64,000 nucleotides of DNA from Selaginella moellendorffii (lineage: Eukaryota > Plantae > Lycopodiophyta): positions 894,181-958,180 of the forward strand of contig NW_003314300.1 of the NCBI RefSeq assembly GCF_000143415.4, read 5' to 3'. The position numbers and the translations under genes were made by a program. Below are positions 23,290-34,805 of the stretch, piece by piece. The notes under the pieces are model-generated. The model saw only the letters and a list, made by a program, of their open reading frames with translations. It was not told the origin of the DNA and did not search any database. Within the stretch, counting starts at the first letter, position 1; every line of letters begins with the position of its first letter.

Positions 23290-26115
23290 ATGGCCTCCGC
23301 AAGTGCGACGCATGTTCCCTCCGTGGATCTTAAGAACCGTGCTACATGGATTCAGGCAAAGGTGTTTCTAAACAACCCCGAGGGGGAGGTGGTAGCTGAG
23401 GGCTTAGCCACAGTTGTCGATCCAAGAGATGCGGTTGCTAATCAAGAATTGGGCTGGGATGATATTGGAGTTGTGATTTTAGAGGTTGTTGACACAGAAG
23501 AAAACAGTCTGACTATTGGAAGCATTGTGCGGTGGAAATTGAGGCACTTAGTGTTTGAGAAAGTGAAGGATTCACAATCAAACACCACTACAACTGATGA
23601 CAGAACATCTCTTCATGGGAAAAGAAAGTACACCTTCCTAAAGCGCAGCCAAAGGGATCTAAGCAACGAACCGAAAAGGCAGAAAATGGCGATGGAGGTT
23701 CGAATGGTCTCGACAGTTGCTTGTTGCAAGAGGAGGTGCTGTCAACATGTTGATTGGGATACTATTGAAGAGGAGAGAGCAAGATACAAGACATTGTCCT
23801 GGAAGGCAGCTCGCAATTTTGTGTATGACGCATTACGGTCATCTGTTGATGCTTCAGAACATCAGGTGGGGGGCATGGTCTTCCAGAGGGGTTTGGTCTG
23901 CATGAAGGCATGGAGAATCATTTATGGAGTCCCTCGAACCACATTCTACAGAATCAAAACTGAGTTCGAGGAACAAAGGGTTCAACAAGCAGTCCATGGG
24001 AACGACGGTACTCACAAAACCAGGGGTCATGTTGTATATGGAGAGGCAATCTTCAAAATGTTTGTCGAGACATGTAGCGAGCAGCAACCACATAAAACCC
24101 GCCTCTTGGAAGATGGAACTCGAGACACCCAACGAGTTCTCCCTTCCATGTATACCAAGGGGGCCATATTGGAAGATGTGAATCGGGAACTCTAGAGTAA
24201 TGGCTACAGGAAGCTGAGCCAATCTAGATTTAGTAGATTGTGGAGCAACAGGTTCAGGGATGTGAGTATAGGAAAGTACTCTATCTTTTCAAAGTGTGAC
24301 GAGTGCACTGCTATCAAAATGGCTTTGTCGAAGAATTCTTGCATCGCTCAAGAGCGAGAGACGTTGGTTAGAAGGCGGCTCGACCACAACATTGAGCAGA
24401 GAAGCTGCAGAACTGCATATTAACATAACAGGATTCTCTCCATGGAGAGACCTGACTCTTACCTATGCATCATCCACGACAAAATGGACCAGAAAAAGAC
24501 GTGCTTACCTCGACTCAATCCTGCCCCCAAGGCAATCTCTTCATCCATGCAGCTGCCTGTGTCTCTGTTTGGCATAATCGCTCATGGGCATGGTGCCCAG
24601 AACTATGGGAACTTCTTTGTACCTCTATGGGGTGGCAGGGGTGCAAACATGATGATTGCGTCCCTAGCAAAACACTTAAGGTCTCTGCAAAGTGCGCAGA
24701 CTGAGCTGAATGGCCAACCCTTGCATAAGGCCCTTGTCGATCGAACCCCATACAGGGTTCAGCTGGAGTAGGAGCAAAGGCTTGCAGTATCGCGTGGGGC
24801 CCCATGCCATCCCAGTGAATATGTTGGCCGTCAGATTGTAGAGCTATCACGTGAGGCCTCATGCCATTCCGACGAGGCTAGTCGCCCGGTGAATGCACAG
24901 CCTCATCCAAATGAAGCAGAATCTCAAGGAAGTTCTTGCGGCCGATGTGGCCTTCCACCCCATCTTCTGCTCCAAACAGACAATGCTGGCAGTGAGAATA
25001 AAAACATGTACGTCTTCGCGTACTTGGCGATGCTTGTTGCCAAAGGCATATTTGAAATGGTTACACTTGGCTTTCTCATGGTTGGGCACACTCATGAAGA
25101 CGTCGATGCCATGTTCAGTCACCTGACAGAGTCCCTCCAGCGATCCAATGTCCTCACCCTCCCACAACTCTACGATGAATTCCAAAATTGCATCAAAGGC
25201 ACTGTTGAAGCTGCACTTGTGACAGAGGTTCCAGACTTTAAGGGGTTTGTAAGAGGCTACATCAGGGACGGATCCGAAACGTTGATTGGCCACTCCAAGG
25301 CTTTTCAGTTTCATTTCAGCATGCGTGACGGTGCTCCAGTGATGAGGTACAAGATGAGAGAATGGGACATAGTGTGGCTGCCAGTGGACGGCATTGAACT
25401 CTTCAAGAGAGATCCCATAACTGGGGAACCTATGATTCCTCAAGGTTCCCCACGGCCGATGCACCCGGATGGACTCAAAAACCAAGAAAGTATAGTGGCC
25501 GGGATTAGACAGCATATTGCCTTCTGGAAGAGGGGGTTGGTGTTTGGTGGAGAATCCTATTTTCAGAGGTGCAAGCCTTTGATCGAATACTGGGAGAAGA
25601 TTATATCTGCTATCCAAAATGGGCCGGTTGTATATGAAGAATTGGAAGAGTCCTTTTGGCCAGAACCCAGAGCACCAGATAGTAGCGGAACAATGTCCTC
25701 TGGAAATGCAATGACAGATAACGATGTTGAGGATCACTATTGTGGGCCGAGGAACAAGAAGCCGGATTCAGCATTCAATCCAGTACAGGTCTGCAAAGGA
25801 ATGGTCGTGCTTGTCAGACCCAGTAATAAAAAACAAATGATATGGGTGGGGCGCTGCATCACTGATGCAGAGGAAGACGCGGAAACTAACTCCTTCAATG
25901 TAACTGTGGAGTGGTTCAAGCCAAGTTCCGGATATATGAAGGATTGCCTAGAAAAAAGATGGGTGTTGAATCCAAGGGATCCCAGCATAAGCATATCGGT
26001 GGATAATGTTGTGCATGGTTGGATGCGGAAGCAGAGTGCCACCATCACCTTGCCAGACCATACAAGAGATGCAGCAAGAGCATTCATAACCCGGGTTCAA
26101 GGTGAGATTCATTAA
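23290..26115 (+). pseudogene. DD(D/E) transposase, Sola1-like; single frame with three in-frame stops
   Basis: ORFs starting 23290, 24238, 24442 and 24889 share one frame with stops at 24193, 24421 and 24769; motifs CCKRRCC, VCMKAWRIIYGV, FSKCDEC..H, IIHDKMDQKKTCLP, LLQTDNAGSENKN, FLMVGHTHEDVDAMFS. Confidence 0.8.
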
Positions 26116-27746
26116 TATTCCTTTACTAAGTTTCTAATGTATTTTATTTCAAGGTGAACAATCCGAATTTGAATCAGAGGAGGCGTGATGGCATGTGGCC
26201 TTACGCCATTCTTAGGTGAGATGATACAAATAACAAGTATAAATTCTTAGTTGTTCTAGCAAATCTTACTTAAAGTTCAAGGTGAACAAGCCGAATATGA
26301 ATTCATCGGATTGTTATAACAAATTGCGAGGTGATGGCATGAGGCGATACGCCATTTGAGAGTGGTAGCCATTCCTATATGAGGTGAGTGAAATATTTAT
26401 TAGAAATACCTCATTCAATTGTGCACTTCTAAGTCTTGGTCCACTCAGTACTGTTTGCATGTTTTTATTTTAATTCTTTCTCTAAAATGTTATTTAGCAT
26501 GTGGCTTCATGCCATTGCTCTCCACAATCATGCATTGAATTTTTCTATCCTTGCATAATACTTCTCCATATATATAGCATGTGCGCACATGTGATATGGT
26601 TCATTAGGCCTGATATAGTGTGTGAGGTAAAACAAAGATGATGTGACATATGCATTTACCAATCACACGTGCATAAATCTAATAATATGGCGTGTGGCCC
26701 ATATTAATGGCACATAAACCCATATTGTGAGCTTACGTGCTTTATGTACCATCATTCCCTTGCAGCGTGTGTGTTGGTTTCCTTTTATAACACAACGAAC
26801 TCCATATTTTAGGGTGAAGAGCGTTCTCATGGCAAGCACAAAATCTGTAAGTGAGGCAGAAAAGGAGACGGAGAAGGAGATAGGTGAAGATGTAGAATAT
26901 ATAAGTCTTCCAAACTCCCCGTACTATACTCCAGGTGATCATTTTTCTGAACAAACGGCAACATTAACAACTATCGAGAACACCCCAGTAACGTTAGAGA
27001 CAACAATCCAAAGCAAAACAACTGACCCGAAGAAGGATGATAGTACCGCTGAGAGTACCAAAAAGGAGGTGTCCACTAGCGCTTAGGCTTATAATGGCGT
27101 GTGCCCTCATGCCATTTACTTTATCACCAAATACCTTTTTCCCTTTGCACTAGTATATTTTAATACCGGTTTGAGAAATAGAATGGCATGTGCCCTCAGG
27201 CCTTTTACTAAATCACCTTTGAAAGAAATGCAAGCCTCTATGTCGTAAAAAAAAGGTACTAGAGAAATTCCTTAATAATATGAATGTTATTTAGTTTCAT
27301 GAAAATACACTAAGGGTCAAATGAGTTAAATGACTTCTCCAGACTAGCAATGCCTCTTGCTACACCTTCACAATTAGATTCGTTAGAAAAAGATAACATT
27401 GAATAATACCTAAATGTTCTCACCATTAAGTTATATGTCTGGCTAATAGGAATGACGTTCATCTTGGAAAGCTCACCACACGCTCAATGAACAAACAAAT
27501 AGTGTGTGCGCGCATGCCATCGCTCTTCTTTAGCTTCAGATTCGGCTTGTTCACCTTGACAATGAGATTTATTATACAACCAGATAGACTCAGTCTGGAC
27601 ACAAAGTCACCGCGCTAGTCACCATGCAGCAGATATGTCTAGCCCCTGGACAAAAAACATATAATTTCACGTCATTTTCAAATACTTGAAAATTTGTACC
27701 TAGTCCCATTTTACTGAATAAATCCCACTTTAACGAAATAGAGCTT

Positions 27747-29630
27747 CCAGTAGCGTTCTTCTCAAAGAAGTTGGACAAGGCTCAAAGGAAGTGGCCTGCC
27801 CATGAGAAAGAACTGTTTGAGGTGGTCAAGGCATTCAAGGAGTGGCGACACTACCTTGGGAGACACTTCAAGGTTTACACGGACAATGTGGCAACGAAAC
27901 ACTTCTTGTCACAACCCGACCTGAGAGGGAAACAGGGTCGGTGGGCCAATGCCTTGGCCGAGTTTGATTGCGAGATTTTGTACAAGCCTGGGAAGAGCAA
28001 CATCGTGGCAGATGCGCTGAGTCGAAAAGCAAGCTTGAAGTGGGCGATATCCAGTGCAACATCAACCTTTTGGGACGATGTGCGGACAGCATATGAGAAC
28101 GATGGTCTAGCACAAGAAGTGTTGCTGAGGAATCTAGAGGCACGGGAAGCTCACCAGAGGGGTGAGCTGCCAACGGAAGAGAAAACGGGCTATGCGGAAC
28201 GCAACAGACTCATCTATTACAAACAAATGAGGGTGTATGTTCCAAAAGGGGAACTAAGGGAGGTAACCTTAGAAGAGTGTCATGACGGACCTCTTGCGGG
28301 ACACGGCGGAGTGCCCAAGACGATGGGCTTACTCAAGAGGAAGTACCATTGGCCAGATATGGCTAAGGACGTCCAAGACTATGTAAAGACATGTCCAACA
28401 TGTCAGCAGGTCAAAGCCGTGACTAAGGCTAGTGGGGGCTTGTTGCAAAGCGTCCTAATTCCAGATCGTCCCTGGAAATATCTTACGATGGACTTCATCA
28501 CGGGACTCCCCCCAAGCGAGGGGTTTGATGCGATATTCGTGGTGGTGGACCGATTTTCGAAAATGACACATTTCATACCCACCACAACGGAAGTGGATGC
28601 AGAAGGTGTGGCGAAGCTGTTCTTCAAACAAGTGGTTCAAGTGCGGGGAAGGCCAGAAGAGATTATCTCAGATCGAGATAAGATCTTCACTAGTAGGTTC
28701 TGGAAGACTCTCCTGGAACAGTATCGCACCAAGTTGAAATTCAACACAACCAATCACCCACAGACAGGTATTGGGTATTAAGTCAAGTTTGATGGCACTA
28801 ACACTTCTTGACAGACGGACAAACGGAAAGGGTGAATAGGCAGCTGGAGGATTATTTGTGATGCTATGTCTTGGGAGACCAGACCGATTGGGTAAGTCAT
28901 TTGGGACTTGCGGAAAACGTGTTATAACAACTCACCACATTCGAGTATCGGGGTGAGTCCATGGGAAGTCATCAATGGGCAAGCTATTGAAGGTCCTGTG
29001 GAACTCGGCGTGGCCGAGTATCATGGAGAGCTACCCGCAGTGGAGGCATTCACGGCAGAAAGACTCAACATTTGGAATCTAGTGAGGGATTCCTTGGAAC
29101 GGGCTCAACAAAGGCAAACCAAGTACGCGAACCAGAAGCGCCGGGACGTAGAGTTCCAAGCTGGGGAGAAGGTGTGGCTGAACACCAAGAACCTCCGGCT
29201 ACCAAGTGGGATCAGCCGAAAGTTGACCCAAAGGTAAAAATGCATGTATTCATGTAAATGAATTGATCTTGAGTTCTTTAAGCAAGTTCGCAGGGCCTTA
29301 CGAGATTGAGGCACGAATCGGTAAAGTGGCTTACCGACTCCAATTTCCTCGAAAGATGGGGAAGATGCGCCCAGTGTTCCACGTGAACTTACTCAAGCCG
29401 TACTTTAAGGATCCGCTTCAAGGACCAAATAAGACCTTTACCTGAGGTTATCCAAGGGGAAGAGGAATACGAAGTCGAGGCCATCCTCAATGCGCGCAAG
29501 AGCAAGCGACAAGGATGCGAGGTGAGAGAGTTCCATGTGAAGTGGAAAGGATTTCCACACTACGAAGCAATATGGGAACCGGAGGAGAACTTAGCGAATG
29601 CGCGAGATTTAGTGGAGGAATTTTTGCAAT
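27747..29630 (+). pseudogene. pol: pol 3' part: RNase H, integrase, chromodomain
   Basis: HEKELF, VYTDN, VADALSR, HD.PLAGHGG...CPTCQ, TMDFITGLP, VVDRFSK, ISDRD, HPQT/DGQTER, GPY, and YEVEAIL...VKWKGFPHYEAIWEPEENL at 29461-29630. Confidence 0.93.
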
Positions 29631-30067
29631 GTAGAACTCTATGTACTTATGCAAAGTTCAATTAAAGTATCAATTTGTAAAAGTTGAGCAATGGCATATG
29701 TTGGGACCCGAAGGCACGCCGAAGGTAAGCTAATTAGCATGGGTTAGCTAGGTCGACCAGGTGTAGGGCACTACGCCCGACTCCCCATGGGGATGTCGAA
29801 TTCGTAGACGTATTCTACGGAGGTTGGGTTCGAGTCCCAACCCCCTAGTAAAGCAAGGCTGGTTTCAAGTCCCGACCCCATACTAGGGCGTGGTGAGGTG
29901 AGGGGTATAGGGACACCTATACTCCATTGTCATGGGCTCTTGGCCGGGGAGGCTAACTTAGGCACACTGCTAAGTGGGGGGATGCCCCCGGAGACATGGT
30001 TAACAAGTCGTAGGATAAAAAGAGACATTCGATGTGGGCATCAAACTTCTTCTATGGGTGGTGGAGT

Positions 30068-30828
30068 TGTAAGGAACCGACTCCCCGAGGTCTCGTAGGC
30101 TAAAGGATCCCCGAAAGCATGACCGAAATGACAAAGAGTTCATCGGATGGGACCAAGTCAAAGATCGAGTCCAAGGCCAACTCTGAGACCGAGTTCGAGA
30201 TAGAGTCTGGGATCGAGTCCGAGGCCGAATCAAAGACCGAGTTCGAGATCGAGTATAAAGTCGAGTCCGAGATCGGGTCCGAGATTGAGTCCGAGACCGA
30301 GTCTGAAGTCGAGTCCGAGATCGAATCTGAGACCAAGTCCAAATACTAATACGGGTCAAGGGGTGAAAGCCCAAAGCGTGCATCTCCCAGGGGGGGGGGG
30401 GGGCGCTGCAGGGGGTTCCAAAAGTATAGTAGGGATAGTGAGGTCTAGGAACCAGTCTTGAAGGAACTCTCCAGAGGTGCTTCCAAACTGACTTGAGGTT
30501 GAGACTGGGGCCGAGGGGCCTTGGGTGGGAGTGAACATGGGCTTGGGTGGTGCCGGAGGGGCCACCCAGGAAAGTGCTCAAGGGCAGCTCCCACTCCCGA
30601 AAGGGAAACTGACTGCGGTGCTCCCGACTCATGTGGAGTGGTGCCCCACTTGAGTACCTTGTGGCTCATTAGTCCTCGCCCTTCCTAGGGGCTTGGGCCT
30701 TCCCTTCGGGATGGAAGTGGGGGGGTAGAGGTACCTATACCGAGCCGTTAGAACAAGGTATTTCGCCCCGACATCCCAAAGCAAGTGCTGCACCCAAGGC
30801 TTGGGATTTAGAGGGTCCCATCAACAAG
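30068..30828 (+). repeat. 3' LTR (truncated)
   Basis: Starts TGTAAGGAACCGACTCCCCGAGG after the PPT; homology to the 5' LTR stops at ~30828. Confidence 0.9.
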
Positions 30829-30844
30829 GTTATTTCTTTAACAA

Positions 30845-33800
30845 TGTCTTATTGAAATATTTTGATAAGGTTTTGTTTTGGCCAATGATTGTTGTATTGT
30901 GAGAAATTTGACACATGTGACATGCATATTTGGGCAAGAATCAAAATGGCACTTTTTGCTTCCTCAATCTTAATTCCACTCCCACTAAACATGGCCACTT
31001 CCTCAATTCTAGATGGCTTGGAGTGAAGGTTAAAGTTCTTGATTTAGGCATGGGGATTCATGCAAGATTGATGGTGCTCCATGGATTTGCAAACAAAGTT
31101 GTGAATTAAAATTTAAATTTTGACCACACAAAAATGCATTAAGGTGTTGGCTTGTGAAGAGTGCTAAACAAAGTTGGTGATCAGATTCCAAAGGTATGTG
31201 TCAATCTCTATATGAACTTAAGGTCTATGTTTGAACTGGGAATTTCTTGGTAGTGGGACAGGAAACAAGATTGTTAGCTCTAGCTAAAATATTGTCCAGT
31301 CTTAAGCAAGCTGGGCATGTTATTATTACACTTGCTTTTGCCAATTGCCTCCATGAATAACTATGCTATGTTTTCTACTTGCTGCCTCAAGTTGAGCTGC
31401 TATGACACAGGTTCTTAAGCTTAATATCAACACTTCAATGGCAGGAGAAAGAGTCCCAAGCATATATATGCTTTTAACACTTGGCTAAACTCATAATCTT
31501 TAATTTACTTGCTCCAGCTCGAACTCAATATCTAATTTATAATTTATCAGGATGTGAACATATAATTGATTGTAAAAGTCATTAGATCATTCATAGTCAT
31601 CTTACAACTTTAATTTGGAAGGATATTGGGGCAAAGTTTGCCCCTTATATGCAAGTTGCTTGGTATGGACAATAGTGAGGTGTTGCAAATGGTGACAATC
31701 TAGGTTATGAGGATATCATGATGTGTTTTATAGTTTTAAAGGCATTTCCTCCAAACTTAATACTTGCTATATGCAAAGCCTGAACATCACAATTAGTGGT
31801 AGAAAAGCTATGTGCATTTGGATGCTACCCTAGAGATCTAGTAAGAGATTTGATAATATGTGGATCAAATAAAATTTGCCAACCAGGCAGCTTATGCTGT
31901 GCAATGAATAGTATTATGCATGAAGAATATATACTCTGAAATTTATAATATTTTGCTAGCAACATTTGTTTTGCTTTAGTCTTTTTTATGTAAATGGATA
32001 TGGACCATGAAAGATGCATTGTGAGAGATTGATTCCTTTGCTTATAGAGCTTTAGTTATATAGGGCAATTTCTTAAGTCACTCTTATAAAACTATAAAAT
32101 TTATGTATGGAGAGTCCAAGCCTTGATCATGGTATCTAAAGCAAGCAAATAGACTTCACAAGCCTACAATTACAATATGTCTATAAATGTGAGTTTGGAT
32201 TTAAAAGAGATTGTTGCAAACATTGGATAACTTAGGTATAAGGTTTGTGTTGCTTATGGTAGAAAATGGGGCAAAATTATCTTTTGTATGCAGTGTGGTA
32301 TGGCAGGCAAATTGATCTATTTCAAAACTAGTAGATCATGTAGAAGCAAGTAAACCATTGCCCCATTTTTTACAAGATCAATTGTCTTTTATTTTTTTGG
32401 CTTAGCTAGGTTAAAGGCTTTCTTATTGATGATAGGTGCAAATGGTTTTGGAATGCTCATGAAGCTAAGATATGGTTAGAACAAGATTAGGGCCCCTTGA
32501 TAAGTTATCCAATAGAGGTGCTTCATACCTTCCAAAACTTTGATTGTAGCATACGTGGTTTTCACCTTTACCATATAGTGATTTACCATAAGATAATTAT
32601 AGAGTGGAATCTAAACTTTTGGATAAGTGAGCCAAAAGCAGTAAAGTGGAACTTGAGTTTCAAGGCCTTGGGCATTGAACGAAGGATGGAGCCAAACACT
32701 TGAGCATATAGCCAAAGAGTAAAAGAATTAAAGCATAAAGTGACTTATAAGCATAGAATGGACAGAAACATAAAGTGACTTGGTATAGTCCTAGAGCTTC
32801 CAACATCTTAATGCCATGACTAACACACAAAACATAATCAAATGGAGTTTAATGTTATTTTAGTATATTAGTGGATTAATGAAAGGATATAACTTCATAA
32901 ATTAGCATAGTATAGACATTAGACTTAGACTTAAGATAAATGTAGAACAAAGAAGTGGGAGCTAAACTATGCCTTAAATTAATTAACCATTGTTGACCTA
33001 CACACTATCTTACCCTTCACCCTAATCCCAAGAGTTAGTCTTTGGGATAATCACAAAAACTTATTAAATATGAAATGATGTTAGATTGTGAATTTAGACA
33101 TGAGAATAATATGTGAGACAACTAAGACTCAAAGTAGAGCCAAAGGTGTGCCATATAATAGTGGTTGAATCAAGAGTTTAACAAGCATAACATATTTAAA
33201 CTAAACTTGGAAAGTTAAAAATAGGAGTGGAAATGCTCAAGGAACAAGTACCAAGCAATCAATGAATGATCACTTTAACTTTCATAACTTTAGCTCATTT
33301 CACTATTAAAGACTCTAAAAGGAATATAAATATAAAGTTATGTGCTCTTTGCATGCTTCTCTGAGAATCCTATTGGTGCATCGTTAGTTTGTGGCTCCAC
33401 ATACCAGACATCGCAAACAAATACCCAGGATGTCATCAGCCTCAGCTAAATGGGGAAAAAAACTTAAAGTCAATCAAGATGAAAAGTATAGACTTAGCGT
33501 GGACAATTATCTTGCAGGGCAGACAGTGAAATCCAGTTCAAATGCAATCTGCAGAATCGAGTGCAAGGAAATAAGAACTGCCTGGAGAAACTAGGAAACA
33601 AAGAACCTGCTTGAACATCACATTGTCCTCCTTGTTCACGCAAGTCCCCTCTGCAAAAATGAGCAAAATAGTGTCTTCCAGATCGCTTGCGTCCCTCCTG
33701 AAGCTTGGTTTTACTTTCCAGCTTGCTTTTCGTCTCAACTCCATTGCTACGCACAGCAATCCCCTGCAGATGATCGATCACAGCCTTCCACTGCTTTTCT

Positions 33801-34092
33801 CAATCAAGAAGTTTGGATCACATTGTCACGCTCTCACATAAACCTGAGTTTATGTACCTGGAAAACACTCAAAAGAAAAGATTTATAGAAGATGGTTAGC
33901 TCACCATCCCAAGCTGGATACTTTTGCATGATCATAGCAAAGGAGTCATCTGTGAAGGAAGTGTTCTAAAAACTTTTATCATTGTGGAACCAAATCAGAT
34001 GTTCTGAGCCATGGGCATTAATGCCAAATTCCCTATAGAGGTAATCAAGAAACTCCAACAATTTTTGAAAGATATCCATCGCGGAAGAAACC
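30845..34092. repeat. Duplicated block: AT-rich repeat plus degenerate gene-like segment
   Basis: Collinear with 45290-47497; its right part recurs at 37600-38335; the AT-rich part recurs inverted at ~53560-54390. Confidence 0.85.
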
Positions 34093-34149
34093 TTGGGAGA
34101 AGAAACAAACGTTAGCTACTGAAGAAACAAAGCACGATGAAAACCTGCC

Positions 34150-34710
34150 TGCAATTTAGCTAGAGCATCATCGACGTTTCCTTGAAATGACCAATTCACC
34201 TGTTGCTGTTGATCCGGTTCTTCTCCTGTTCACGAAACCGTGGAATTAGTATAGAAAAACTCATTCCAAACTGCTAGACGTCTCACATTTCAAAGATCGT
34301 GACAAACTGTTTGAAGCAGCTTGTTCCTCACTTGGAGAGAGAGCCAATGCGCGTTCATCACATTGAATCGCATGTCCACTTTCATGTTCACTGTCGAACA
34401 AGAAAAAAAAAAGTTGATCACCAAAGTCCCAAACACCAAAAAAATCACACCTTTGTTCACATTTTGGCCGCCAGCACATCCACTCCTCGCAAAGATCACA
34501 GTCACATGATCTAGAACGAAAACCTCAGCCGAAATCCCTTCCCAGCTCCAAGAAACTCACCGATCGAGAGCCGAGGGATGGCTGATTGCCATAATCCGCC
34601 TCGGCCGCTGCCTCGCGACTGGAGATCATCTGCTGCTTCTGGACGAACCGCGCGGGCGCTTTCTTCTCCCCAGCCTTGCAAAGAACCGAGCGACACAAGC
34701 CCGGCCATCG
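34150..34710 (-). pseudogene. ICT1/ArfB-type peptidyl-tRNA hydrolase (GGQ) gene fragment
   Basis: Exons DHVTVIFARSGCAGGQNVNK | VNMKVDMRFNVMNAHWLS..VRNKLLQT | EKNRINS..ELVIS/GNVDDALAKLQ; frameshift and deletion in the third exon, C-terminal basic tail absent. Confidence 0.75.
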
Positions 34711-34805
34711 CGGCCAAGCATCGATAAAATATATTATACAAACGAGACAACGTAGTAACTTAAAAAAATCTTCTCTTCTTCCATGTGATCTTTCTTCTCG
34801 AAATT

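Larger units (their letters stand above)
14892..27746. mobile_element. 12.9 kb TIR DNA transposon (Sola1-like transposase) with large cargo gene
   Basis: Perfect 24-bp TIR AAGCTCTATTTCGTTAAAGTGGGA (14892-14915 / 27723-27746); 4-bp TSD CCAG; removal restores RNase H QDNHPVAFFSKKLDKAQ. A 25-bp TIR with 2-bp TSD CA is an alternative reading. Confidence 0.92.
9875..30828 (+). mobile_element. Ty3/gypsy chromovirus LTR retrotransposon (inactive; two nested insertions; 3' LTR truncated)
   Basis: 5' LTR 9875-10974, PBS 10978-10990, gag-PR-RT-RH-INT-chromodomain order, PPT 30054-30067, 3' LTR homology 30068-30828. Confidence 0.93.

Noticed and set aside
26727-27086. 119-aa ORF inside the transposon
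   Set aside because: Low-complexity with no motif; could be a downstream exon but unsupported
14987-27520. 22-bp palindromes as CRISPR repeats or bacterial REP elements
   Set aside because: Irregular spacing, located in introns and exons, no cas or HUH (RAYT) gene seen
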